A stretch of DNA of 64,000 nucleotides from the human T2T-CHM13v2.0 reference genome, Homo sapiens. Both the position numbers and the translations under genes were made by a program. The stretch's first letter is position 1; every line of letters begins with the position of its first letter. This document shows, piece after piece, positions 11,101-24,539 of this stretch. Below the pieces are notes generated by a model. That model was not told where the DNA came from. It saw only the letters and a list, made by a program, of their open reading frames with translations, and ran no database searches. Where the stretch lies: the NCBI RefSeq assembly GCF_009914755.1, contig NC_060926.1; one strand, written 5' to 3'.

Positions 11101-14100
11101 TTGAAACACTCTTTTTGTAAAATCTGCAAGAGGATATTTGGATAGCTTTGAGGATTTCGTTGGAAACGGGATTGTCTTCATATAAACTCTAGACAGAAGC
11201 ATTCTCAGAAGCTTCATTGGGATGTTTCAATTGAAGTCACAGTGTTGAACAGTTCCTTTCATAGAACAGGTTTGAAACACTCTTTTTGTAGTATCTGGAA
11301 GTGGACATTTGGAGCGCTCTCAGGACTAAGGTGAAAAAGGAAATATCTTCCAATAAAAGCTACATAGAAGCAGTGTCAGAAACTTTTTCATGATGTATCT
11401 ACTCAGCTAACAGAGTTGAACCTTTCCTTTGAGAGAGCAGTTTTGAAACACTCTTTTTGTGGAATCTGCAAGTGGATATTTGTCTAGCTTTGAGGATTTC
11501 GTTGGAAACGGGATTACATATAAAAAGCAGACAGCAGCATTCCCAGTAACTTCTTTGTGATGTTTGCATTCAAGTCACAGAGTTGAACATTCCCTTTCAT
11601 AGAGCAGGTTTGAAACACTCTTTTTGTAGTATCTGGATGTGGACATTTGGAGCGCTTTCAGGCCTACGGTGAAAAAGGAAATATCTTCCCCTGAAAACTA
11701 GACAGAAGCATTCTCAGAAACTTATTTGTGATGTTCGCCCTCAACTAACAGTTTTGAACCTTTCTTTTGATAGAGCAGTTTTGAAACACTCTTTTTGTAA
11801 TATCTGCAAGAGGATATTTGGATAGCTTTGAGGATTTCGTTGGAAACGGGATTGTCTTCATATAAACTCTAGACAGAAGCATTCTCAGAAGCTTCATTGG
11901 GATGTTTCAATTGAAGTCACAGTGTTGAACAGTCCCTTTCATAGAGCAGGTTTGAAACACTCTTTTTGTAGTATCTGGAAGTGGACATTTTGAGAGATCT
12001 CAGGAATACGGTGTTAAAGGAAATATCTTCCAATAAAAGCTAGATAGAAGCAATGTCAGAAACTTTTTCATGATGTATCTACTCAACTAACAGAGTTGAA
12101 CCTTTCTTTTGAGAGAGCAGTTTTGAAACACTCTTTTTGTGGAATCTGCAAGTGGATATTTGTCTAGCTTTGAGGATTTCGTTGGAAACGGGATTACATA
12201 TAAAAAGCAGACAGCAGGATTCCCACAAACTTCTTTGCGATGTTTGCATTCAAGTCACAGAGTTGAACATTCCCTTTCATAGAGCAGGTTTGAAACACTC
12301 TTTTTGTAGTATCTGGATGTGGACATTTGGAGCGCTTTCAGGCCTATGGTGAAAAAGGAAATATCTTCCCCTGAAAACTAGACAGAAGCATTCTCAGAAT
12401 CTTATTTGTGATGTGCGCCCTCAACTAACAGTGTTGAAGCTTTCTTTTGATAGAGCAGTTTTGAAACACTCTTTTTGTAAAATCTGCAAGAGGATATTTG
12501 GATAGCTTTGAGGATTTCGTTGGAAACGGGATTGTCTTCATATAAACTCTAGACAGAAGCATTCTCAGAAGCTTCATTGGGATGTTTCAATTGAAGTCAC
12601 AGTGTTGAACAGTCCCTTTCATAGAGCAGGTTTGAAACACTCTTTTTGTAGTATCTGGAAGTGGACATTTGGAGAGATCTCAGGAATACGGTGATAAAGG
12701 AAATATCTTCCAATAAAAGCTACATAGAAGCAGTGTCAGAAACTTTTTCATGATGTATCTACTCAGCTAACAGAGTTGAACCTTTCTTTTGAGAGAGCAG
12801 TTTTGAAACACTCTTTTTGTGGAATCTGCAAGTGGATATTTGTCTAGCTTTGAGGATTTCGTTGGAAACGGGATTACATATAAAAAGCAGACAGCTGCAT
12901 TCCCAGAAACTTCTTTGTGATGTTTGCATTCAAGTCACAGAGTTGAACATTCCCTTTCATAGAGCAGGCTTGAAACACTCTTTTTGTAGTATCTGGATGT
13001 GGACATTTGGAGCGCTTTCAGGCCTATGGTGAAAAAGGAAACATCTTCCCCTGAAAACTAGACAGAAGCATTCTCAGAATCTTATTTTTGATGTGCGCCC
13101 TCAACTAACAGTGTTGAAGCTTTCTTTTGATAGAGCAGTTTTGAAACACTCTTTTTGTAAAATCTGCAAGAGGATATTTGGATAGCTTAGAGGATGTCGT
13201 TGGAAACAGGATTGTCTTCATATAAACTCTAGACAGAAGCATTCTCAGAAGCTTCATTGGGATGTTTCAATTGAAGTCACAGTGTTGAACAGTCCTTTTC
13301 ATAGAGCAGGTTTGAAACACTCTTTTTGTAGTATCTGGATGTGGACATTTGGAGCGCTTTCAGGCCTATGGTTTAAAAGGAAATATCTTCCCCTGAAAAC
13401 TAGACAGAAGCATTCTCAGAAACTTATCTGTGATGTGCGCCCTCAACTAACAGTGTTGAAGCATTCTTTTGATAGAGCAGTTTTGAAACACTCTTTTTGT
13501 GGAATCTGCAAGTAGATATTGTCTAGCTTTGAGGATTTCGTTGGAAAAGGGATTACATATAAAAAGCAGACAGCAGCATTCCCAGAAAGTTCTTTGTGAT
13601 GCTTGCATTCAAGTCACAGAGTTGAACATTCCCTTTCATAGAGCAGGTTTGAAACACTCTTTTTGTAGTATCTGGATGTGGACATTTGGAGCGCTTTCAG
13701 GCCTATGGTGAAAAAGGAAATATCTTCCCCTGAAAACTAGACAGAAGCATTCTCAGAAACTTATTTGTGATGTGCGCCGTCAACTAACAGTGTTGAACCT
13801 TTCTTTTGATAGAGCAGTTTTGAAACACTCTTTTTGTGGAATCTGCAACTGGATATTTGTCTAGCTTTTAGGATTTCGTTGGAAACGGGATTACATATAA
13901 AAAGCAGACAGCAGCATTCCCAGAATCTTCTTTGTGATGTTTGCATTCAAGTCACAGAGTTGAACATTCCCTTTCATAGAGCAGGTTTGAAACACTCTTT
14001 TTATAGTATCTGGATGTGGACATTTGGAGCGCTTTCAGGCCTATGGTGAAAAAGGAAATATCTTCTCCTGAAAACTAGACAGAAGCATTCTCAGAATCTT

Positions 14101-16889
14101 ATTTGTGATGTGCGCCCCCAACTAACAGTGTTGAAGCTTTCTTTTGATAGAGCAGTTTTGAAACACTCTTTTTGTAATATCTGCAAGAGGATATTTTGAT
14201 AGCTTTGAGGATTTCGTTGGAAACGGGATTGTCTTCATATAAACTCTAGACAGAAGCATTCTCAGAAGCTTCATTGGGATGTTTCAATTGAAGTCTCAGT
14301 GTTGAACAGTCCCTTTCATAGAGCAGGTTTGAAACACTCTTTTTGTAGTATCTGGAAGTGGACATTTGGAGAGATCTCAGGAATACGGTGATAAAGGAAA
14401 TATCTTCCAATAAAAGCTAGATAGAAGCAATGTCAAAAACTTTTTCATGATGTATCTACACAGCTAACAGAGTTGAACCTTTCTTTTGAGAGAGCAGTTT
14501 TGAAACACTCTTTTTGTGGAATCTGCAAGTGGATATTTGTCTAGCTTTGAGGATTTCGTTGGAAACGGGATTACATATAAAAAGCAGACAGCAGCATTCC
14601 CAGAAACATCTTTGTGATGTTTGCATTCAAGTCACAGAGTTGAACATTCCCTTTCATAGAGCAGGTTTGAAACACTCTTTTTGTAGTATCTGGATGTGGA
14701 CATTTGGAGCGCTTTCAGGCCTATGGTGAAAAAGGAAATATCTTCCCCTGAAAACTAGACAGAAGCATTCTCAGAAACTTATTTGTGATGTGCGCCCTCA
14801 ACTAACAGTGTTGAAGCTTTCTTTTGATAGAGCAGTTTTGAAACACTCTTTTTGTAAAATCTGCAAGAGGATATTTGGATAGCTTTGAGGATTTCGTTGG
14901 AAACGGGATTGTCTTCATATAAACTCTAGACAGAAGCATTCTCAGAAGCTTCATTGGGATGTTTCAATTGAAGTCACAGTGTTGAACAGTCCCTTTCATA
15001 GAGCAGGTTTGAAACACTCTTTTTGTAGTATCTGGAAGTGGACATTTTGAGAGATCTCAGGAATACGGTGATAAAGGAAATATCTTCCAATAAAAGCTAG
15101 ATAGAAGCAGTGTCAGAAACTTTTTCATGATGTATCTACTCAGCTAACAGAGTTGAACCTTTCTTTTGAGAGAGCAGTTTTGAAACACTCTTTTTGTGGA
15201 ATCTGCAAGTGGATATTTGTCTAGCTTTGAGGATTTCGTTGGAAATGGGATTACATATAAAAAGCAGACAGCAGCATTCCCAGAAACTTCTTTGTGATGT
15301 TTGCATTCAAGTCACAGAGTTGAACATTCCCTTTCATAGAGCAGGTTTGAAACACTCTTTTTGTAGTATCTGGATGTGGACATTTGGAGCGCTTTCAGGC
15401 CTATGGTGAAAAAGGAAATATCTTCCCCTGAAAACTAGACAGAAGCATTCTCAGAATCTTATTTTTGATGTGCGCCCTCAACTAACAGTGTTGAAGCTTT
15501 CTTTTGATAGAGCAGTTTTGAAACACTCTTTTTGTAAAATCTGCAAGAGGATATTTGGATAGCTTAGAGGATTTCGTTGGAAACGGGATTGTCTTCATAT
15601 AAACTCTAGACAGAAGCATTCTCAGAAGCTTCATTGGGATGTTTCAATTGAAGTCACAGTGTTGAACAGTCCCTTTCATAGAGTAGGTTTGAAACACTCT
15701 TTTTGTAGTATCTGGATGTGGACATTTGGAGCGCTTTCAGGCCTATGGTTTAAAAGGAAATATCTTCCCCTGAAAACTAGACAGAAGCATTCTCAGAAAC
15801 TTATCTGTGATGTGCGCCCTCAACTAACAGTGTTGAAGCATTCTTTTGATAGAGCAGTTTTGAAACACTCTTTTTGTGGAATCTGCAAGTAGATATTGTC
15901 TAGCTTTGAGGATTTCGTTGGAAACGGGATTACATATAAAAAGCAGACAGCAGCATTCCCAGAAAGTTCTTTGTGATGCTTGTATTCAAGTCACAGAGTT
16001 GAACATTCCCTTTCATAGAGCAGGTTTGAAACACTCTTTTTGTAGTATCTGGATGTGGACATTTGGAGCGCTTTCAGGCCTATGGTGAAAAAGGAAATAT
16101 CTTCCCCTGAAAACTAGACAGAAGCATTCTCAGAAACTTATTTGTGATGTGCGCCGTCAACTAACAGTGTTGAAGCTTTCTTTTGATAGAGCAGTTTTGA
16201 AACACTCTTTTTGTGGAATCTGCAAGTGGATATTTGTCTAGCTTTTAGGATTTCGTTGGAAACGGGATTACATATAAAAAGCAGACAGCAGCATTCCCAG
16301 AATCTTCTTTGTGATGTTTGCATTCAAGTCACAGAGTTGAACATTCCCTTTCATAGAGCAGGTTTGAAACACTCTTTTTATAGTATCTGGATGTGGACAT
16401 TTGGAGCGCTTTCAGGCCTATGGTGAAAAAGGAAATATCTTCTCCTGAAAACTAGACAGAAGCATTCTCAGAATCTTATTTGTGATGTGCGCCCTCAACT
16501 AACAGTGTTGAAGCTTTCTTTTGATAGAGCAGTTTTGAAACACTCTTTTTGTAAAATCTGCAAGAGGATATTTGGATAGCTTTGAGGATTTCATTGGAAA
16601 CGGGATTGTCTTCATATAAACTCTAGACAGAAGCATTCTCAGAAGCTTCATTGGGATGTTTCAATTGATGTCACAGTGTTGAACAGTCCCTTTCATAGAG
16701 CAGGTTTGAAACACTCTTTTTGTAGTATCTGGAAGTGGACATTTGGAGCACTCTCAGGACTACGGTGAAAAAGGAAATATCTTCCAATAAAAGCTACATA
16801 GAAGCAATGTCAGAAACTTTTTCATGATGTATCTACTCAGCTAACAGAGTTGAACCTTTCTTTTGAGAGAGCAGTTTTGAAACACTCTT

Positions 16890-19800
16890 TTTGCGGAATC
16901 TGGAAGTGGATATTTGTATAGATTTGAGGATTTCGTTGGAAACGGGATTACATATAAAAAGCAGACAGCAGCATTCCCAGTAACTTCTTTGTGATGTTTG
17001 CATTCAAGTCAAAAAGTTGAACATTCCCTTTCATAGAGCAGGTTTGAAACACTCTTTTTGTAGTATCTGGATGTGGACATTTGGAGCGCTTTCAGGCCTA
17101 TGGTGAAAAAGGAAATATCTTCCCCTGAAAACTAGACAGAAGCATTCTCAGAATCTTATTTGTGATATGCGCTCTCAACTAACAGTGTTGAAGCTTTCTT
17201 TTGATAGAGCAGTTTTGAAACACTCTTTTTGTAAAATCTGCAAGAGGATATTTGGATAGCTTTGAGGATTTCGTTGGAAACGGGATTGTCTTCATATAAA
17301 CTCTAGACAGAAGCATTCTCAGAAGCTTCATTGGGATGTTTCAATTGAAGTCTCAGTGTTGAACAGTCCCTTTCATAGAGCAGGTTTGAAACACTCTTTT
17401 TGTAGTATCTGGAAGTGGACATTTGGAGAGATCTCAGGAATACGGTGATAAAGGAAATATCTTCCAATAAAAGCTAGATAGAAGCAATGTCAAAAACTTT
17501 TTCATGATGTATCTACACAGCTAACAGAGTTGAACCTTTCTTTTGAGAGAGCAGTTTTGAAACACTCTTTTTGTGGAATCTGCAAGTGGATATTTGTCTA
17601 GCTTTGAGGATTTCGTTGGAAACGGGATTACATATAAAAAGCAGACAGCAGCATTCCCACAAACTTCTTTGTGATGTTTGCATTCAAGTCACAGAGTTGA
17701 ACATTCCCTTTCATAGAGCAGGTTTGAAACACTCTTTTTGTAGTATCTGGATGTGGACATTTGGAGCGCTTTCAGGCCTATGGTGAAAAAGGAAATATCT
17801 TCCCCTGAAAACTAGACAGAAGCATTCTCAGAAACTTATTTGTGATGTGCGCCCTCAACTAACAGTGTTGAAGCTTTCTTTTGATAGAGCAGTTTTGAAA
17901 CACTCTTTTTGTAAAATCTGCAAGAGGATATTTGTATAGCTTTGAGGATTTCGTTGGAAACGGGATTGTCTTCATATAAACTCTAGACAGAAGCATTCTC
18001 AGAAGCTTCATTGGGATGTTTCAATTGAAGTCACAGTGTTGAACAGTCCCTTTCATAGAGCAGGTTTGAAACACTCTTTTTGTAGTATCTGGAAGTGGAC
18101 ATTTTGAGAGATCTCAGGAATACGGTGATAAAGGAAATATCTTCCAATAAAAGCTAGATAGAAGCAATGTCAGAAACTTTTTCATGATGTATCTACTCAG
18201 CTAACAGAGTTGAACCTTTCTTTTGAGAGAGCAGTTTTGAAACACTCTTTTTGTGGAATCTGCAAGTTGATATTTGTCTAGCTTTGAGGATTTCGTTGGA
18301 AATGGGATTACATATAAAAAGCAGACAGCAGCATTCCCAGAAACTTCTTTGTGAAGTTTGCATTCAAGTCACAGAGTTGAACATTCCCTTTCATAGAGCA
18401 GGTTTGAAACACTCTTTTTGTAGTATCTGTATGTGGACATTTGGAGCGCTTTCAGGCCTATGGTGAAAAAGGAAATATCTTCCCCTGAAAACTAGACAGA
18501 AGCATTCTCAGAATCTTATTTGTGATGTGCGCCCTCAACTAACAGTGTTGAAGCTTTCTTTTGATAGAGCAGTTTTGAAACACTCTTTTTGTAAAATCTG
18601 CAAGAGGATATTTGGATAGCTTTGAGGATTTCGTTGGAAACGGGATTGTCTTCATATAAACTCTAGACAGAAGCATTCTCAGAAGCTTCATTGGGATGTT
18701 TCAATTGAAGTCACAGTGTTGAACAGTCCCTTCCATAGAGCAGGTTTGAAACACTCTTTTTGTAGTATCTGGAAGTGGACATTTGGAGCGCTCTCAGGAC
18801 TTCGGTGAAAAAGGTAGTATCTTCCAATAAAAGCTAGATAAAAGCAATGTCGGAAACTTTTTCATGTTGTATCTACTCAGCTAACAGAGTTGAACCTTTC
18901 TTTTGAGAGAGCAGTTTTGAAACACTCTTTTTGTGGAATCTGCAAGTGGATATTTGTCTAGCTTTGAGGATTTCGTTGGAAACGGGATTACATATAAAAA
19001 GCAGACAGCAGCATTCCCAGAAACTTCTTTGTGATGTTTGCATTCAAGTCACAGAGTTGAACATTCCCTTTCATAGAGCAGGTTTGAAACACTCTTTTTG
19101 TAGTATCTGGATGTGGACATTTGGAGCGCTTTCAGGCCTATGGTGAAAAAGGAAATATCTTCCCCTGAAAACTAGACAGAAGCATTCTCAGAAACTTATT
19201 TGTGATGTGCGCCCTAAACTAACAGTGTTGAACCTTTCTTTTGATAGAGCAGTTTTGAAACACTCTTTTTGTAAAATCTGCAAGAGGATATTTGGATAGC
19301 TTTGAGGATTTCGTTGGAAACGGGATTGTCTTCATATAAACTCTAGACAGAAGCATTCTCAGAAGCTTCATTGGGATGTTTCAATTGAAGTCACAGTGTT
19401 GAACAGTCCCTTTCATAGAGCAGGTTTGAAACACTCTTTTTGTGGTATCTGGAAGTGGACATTTGGAGCGCTCTCAGGACTGCGGTGAAAAAGGAAATAT
19501 CTTCCAATAAAAGCTAGATAGAAGCAATGTCAGAAACTTTTTCATGATGTATCTACTCAGCTAACAGAGTTGAACCTTCCTTTGAGAGAGCAGTTTTGAA
19601 ACACTCTTTTTGTGGAATCTGGAAGTGGATATTTGTATAGCTTTGAGGATTTCGTTGGAAACGGGATTACATATAAAAAGCAGACAGCAGCATTCCCAGT
19701 AACTTCTTTGTGATGTTTGCATTCAAGTCAAAAAGTTGAACATTCCCTTTCATAGAGCAGGTTTGAAACACTCTTTTTGTAGTATCTGGATGTGGACATT

Positions 19801-21660
19801 TGGAGCGCTTTCAGGCCTATGGTGAAAAAGGAAATATCTTCCCCTGAAAACTAGACAGAAGCATTCTCAGAATCTTATTTGTGATATGCGCTCTCAACTA
19901 ACAGTGTTGAAGCTTTCTTTTGATAGAGCAGTTTTGAAACACACTTTTTGTAAAATCTGCAAGAGGATATTTGGATAGCTTTGAGGATTTCGTTGGAAAC
20001 GGGATTGTCTTCATATAAACTCTAGACAGAAGCATTCTCAGAAGCTTCATTGGGATGTTTCAATTGAAGTCTCAGTGTTGAACAGTCCCTTTCATAGAGC
20101 AGGTTTGAAACACTCTTTTTGTAGTATCTGGAAGTGGACATTTGGAGAGATCTCAGGAATACGGTGATAAAGGAAATATCTTCCAATAAAAGCTAGATAG
20201 AAGCAATGTCAAAAACTTTTTCATGATGTATCTACACAGCTAACAGAGTTGAACCTTTCTTTTGAGAGAGCAGTTTTGAAACACTCTTTTTGTGGAATCT
20301 GCAAGTGGATATTTGTCTAGCTTTGAGGATTTCGTTGGAAACGGGATTACATATAAAAAGCAGACAGCAGCATTCCCACAAACTTCTTTGTGATGTTTGC
20401 ATTCAAGTCACAGAGTTGAACATTCCCTTTCATAGAGCAGGTTTGAAACACTCTTTTTGTAGTATCTGGATGTGGACATTTGGAGCGCTTTCAGGCCTAT
20501 GGTGAAAAAGGAAATATCTTCCCCTGAAAACTAGACAGAAGCATTCTCAGAAACTTATTTGTGATGTGCGCCCTCAACTAACAGTGTTGAAGCTTTCTTT
20601 TGATAGAGCAGTTTTGAAACACTCTTTTTGTAAAATCTGCAAGAGGATATTTGGATAGCTTTGAGGATTTCGTTGGAAACCGGATTGTCTTCATATAAAC
20701 TCTAGACAGAAGCATTCTCAGAAGCTTCATTGGGATGTTTCAATTGAAGTCACAGTGTTGAACAGTCCCTTTCATAGAGCAGGTTTGAAACACTCTTTTT
20801 GTAGTATCTGGAAGTGGACATTTTGAGAGATCTCAGGAATACGGTGATAAAGGAAATATCTTCCAATAAAAGCTAGATAGAAGCAATGTCAGAAACTTTT
20901 TCATGATGTATCTACTCAGCTAACAGAGTTGAACCTTTCTTTTGAGAGAGCAGTTTTGAAACACTCTTTTTGTGGAATCTGCAAGTTGATATTTGTCTAG
21001 CTTTGAGGATTTCGTTGGAAATGGGATTACATATAAAAAGCAGACAGCAGCATTCCCAGAAACTTCTTTGTGAAGTTTGCATTCAAGTCACAGAGTTGAA
21101 CATTCCCTTTCATAGAGCAGGTTTGAAACACTCTTTTTGTAGTATCTGTATGTGGACATTTGGAGCGCTTTCAGGCCTATGGTGAAAAAGGAAATATCTT
21201 CCCCTGAAAACTAGACAGAAGCATTCTCAGAATCTTATTTGTGATGTGCGCCCTCAACTAACAGTGTTGAAGCTTTCTTTTGATAGAGCAGTTTTGAAAC
21301 ACTCTTTTTGTAAAATCTGCAAGAGGATATTTGGATAGCTTTGAGGATTTCATTGGAAACGGGATTGTCTTCATATAAACTCTAGACAGAAGCATTCTCA
21401 GAAGCTTCATTGGGATGTTTCAATTGAAGTCACAGTGTTGAACAGTCCCTTTCATAGAGCAGGTTTGAAACACTCTTTTTGTAGTATCTGGAAGTGGACA
21501 TTTGGAGCGCTCTCAGGACTTCGGTGAAAAAGGTAGTATCTTCCAATAAAAGCTAGATAAAAGCAATGTCGGAAACTTTTTCATGTTGTATCTACTCAGC
21601 TAACAGAGTTGAACCTTTCTTTTGAGAGAGCAGTTTTGAAACACTCTTTTTGTGGAATCT
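16890..21660 (+). repeat. Tandem super-HOR duplication, period 2,719 bp (16 monomers)
   Basis: Shared private variants gtcaaaaag, atatgcgctc, cccacaaac, caagttgata, ggaaatggg (18303/21022), gacttcgg, ggtagtatc. ORFs 17571/20290 and 18251/20970. Confidence 0.88.
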
Positions 21661-24539
21661 GCAAGTGGATATTTGTCTAGTTTTGAGGATTTCGTTGGAA
21701 ACGGGATTACATATAAAAAGCAGACAGCTGCATTCCCAGAAACTTCTTTGTGATGTTTGCATTCAAGTCACAGAGTTGAACATTCCCTTTCATAGAGCAG
21801 GCTTGAAACACTCTTTTTGTAGTATCTGGATGTGGACATTTGGAGCGCTTTCAGGCCTATGGTGAAAAAGGAAATATCTTCCCCTGAAAACTAGACAGAA
21901 GCATTCTCAGAATCTTATTTGTGATGTGCGCCCTCAACTAACAGTGTTGAAGCTTTCTTTTGATAGAGCAGTTTTGAAACACTCTTTTTGTAAAATCTGC
22001 AAGAGGATATTTGGATAGCTTTGAGGATTTCGTTGGAAACGGGATTGTCTTCATATATACTCTAGACAGAAGCATTCTCAGAAGCTTCATTGGGATGTTT
22101 CAATTGAAGTCACAGTGTTGAACAGTCCCTTTCATAGAGCAGGTTTGAAACACTCTTTTTGTAGTATCTGGATGTGGACATTTGGAGCGCTTTCAGGCCT
22201 ATGGTTTAAAAGGAAATATCTTCCCCTGAAAACTAGACAGAAGCATTCTCAGAAACTTATTTGTGATGTGCGCCCTCAACTAACAGTGTTGAAGCATTCT
22301 TTTGATAGAGCAGTTTTGAAACACTCTTTTTGTGGAATCTGCAAGTAGATATTGTCTAGCTTTGAGGATTTCGTTGGAAACGGGATTACATATAAAAAGC
22401 AGACAGCAGCATTCCCAGAAACTTCTTTGTGATGTTTGCATTCAAGTCACAGAGTTGAACATTCCCTTTCATAGAGCAGGTTTGAAACACTCTTTTTATA
22501 GTATCTGGATGTGGACATTTGGAGCGCTTTCAGGCCTATGGTGAAAAAGGAAATATCTTCCCCTGAAAACTAGACAGAAGCATTCTCAGAATCTTATTTG
22601 TGATGTGCGCCCTCAACTAACAGTGTTGAAACTTTTTTTTGATAGAGCAGTTTTGAAACACTCTTTTCGTAAAATCTGCAAGAGGATATTTGGATAGCTT
22701 TGAGGATTTCGTTGGAAACGGGATTGTCTTCATATAAACTCTAGACAGAAGCATTCTCAGAAGCTTCATTGGGATGTTTCAATTGAAGTCACAGTGTTGA
22801 ACAGTCCCTTTCATAGAGCAGGTTTGAAACACTCTTTTTGTAGTATCTGGATGTGGACATTTGGAGCGCTTTCAGGCCTAAGGTTTAAAAGGAAATATCT
22901 TCCCCTGAAAACTAGACAGAAGCATTCTCAGAAACTTATTTGTGATGTGCGCCCTCAACTAACAGTGTTGAAGCATTCTTTTGATAGAGCAGTTTTGAAA
23001 CACTCTTTTTGTGGAATCTGCAAGTAGATATTGTCTAGCTTTGAGGATTTCGTTGGAAACGGGATTACATATAAAAAGCAGACAGCAGCATTCCCAGAAA
23101 CTTCTTTGTGATGTTTGCATTCAAGTCACAGAGTTGAACATTCCCTTTCATAGAGCAGGTTTGAAACACTCTTTTTATAGTATCTGGATGTGGACATTTG
23201 GAGCGCTTTCAGGCCTATGGTGAAAAAGGAAATATCTTCCCCTGAAAACTAGACAGAAGCATTCTCAGAAACTTATTTGTAATGTGCGCCCTCAACTAAC
23301 AGTGTTGAACCTTTCTTTTGATAGAGCAGTTTTGAAACACTCTTTTTGTAAAATCTGCAGGAGGATATTTGGATAGCTTTGAGGATTTCGTTGGAAACGG
23401 GATTGTCTTCATATAAACTCTAGACAGAAGCATTCTCAGAAGCTTCATTGGGATGTTTCAATTGAAGTCACAGTGTTGAACAGTCCCTTTCATAGAGCAG
23501 GTTTGAAACACTCTTTTTGTAGTATCTGGAAGTGGACATTTTGAGAGATCTAAGGAATACGGTGATAAAGGAAATATCTTCCAATAAAAGCTAGATAGAA
23601 GCAATGTCAGAAACTTTTTCATGATGTATCTACTCAGCTAACAGAGTTGAACCTTTCTTTTGAGAGAGCAGTTTTGAAACACTCTTTTTGTGGAATCTGC
23701 AAGTGGATATTTGTCTAGCTTTGAGGATTTCGTTGGAAACGGGATTACATATAAAAAGCAGACAGCAGCATTCCCAGAAACTTCTTTGTGAAGTTTGCAT
23801 TCAAGTCACAGAGTTGAACATTCCCTTTCATAGAGCAGGTTTGAAACACTCTTTTTGTAGTATCTGTATGTGGACATTTGGAGCGCTTTCAGGCCTATGG
23901 TGAAAAAGGAAATATCTTCCCCTGAAAACTAGACAGAAGCATTCTCAGAATCTTATTTGTGATGTGCGCCCTCAACTAACAGTGTTGAAGCTTTCTTTTG
24001 ATAGAGCAGTTTTGAAACACTCTTTTTGTAAAATCTGCAAGAGGATATTTGGATAGCTTTGAGGATTTCGTTGGAAACGGGATTGTCTTCATATAAACTC
24101 TAGACAGAAGCATTCTCAGAAGCTTCATTGGGATGTTTCAATTGAAGTCACAGTGTTGAACAGTCCCTTTCATAGAGCAGGTTTGAAACACTCTTTTTGT
24201 AGTATCTGGAAGTGGACATTTGGAGCGCTCTCAGGACTACGGTGAAAAAGGAAGTATCTTCCAATAAAAGCTAGATAGAAGCAATGTCGGAAACTTTTTC
24301 ATGTTGTATCTACTCAGCTAACAGAGTTGAACCTTTCTTTTGAGAGAGCAGTTTTGAAACACTCTTTTTGTGGAATCTGCAAGTGGATATTTGTCTAGCT
24401 TTGAGGATTTCGTTGGAAACGGGATTACATATAAAAAGCAGACAGCAGCATTCCCAGAAAGTTCTTTGTGATGTTTGCATTCAAGTCACAGAGTTGAACA
24501 TTCCCTTTCATAGAGCAGGTTTGAAACACTCTTTTTGTA

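Noticed and set aside
22631-22640. T8 run (actttttttt)
   Set aside because: A single C>T substitution in tttctttt; not a microsatellite or terminator.
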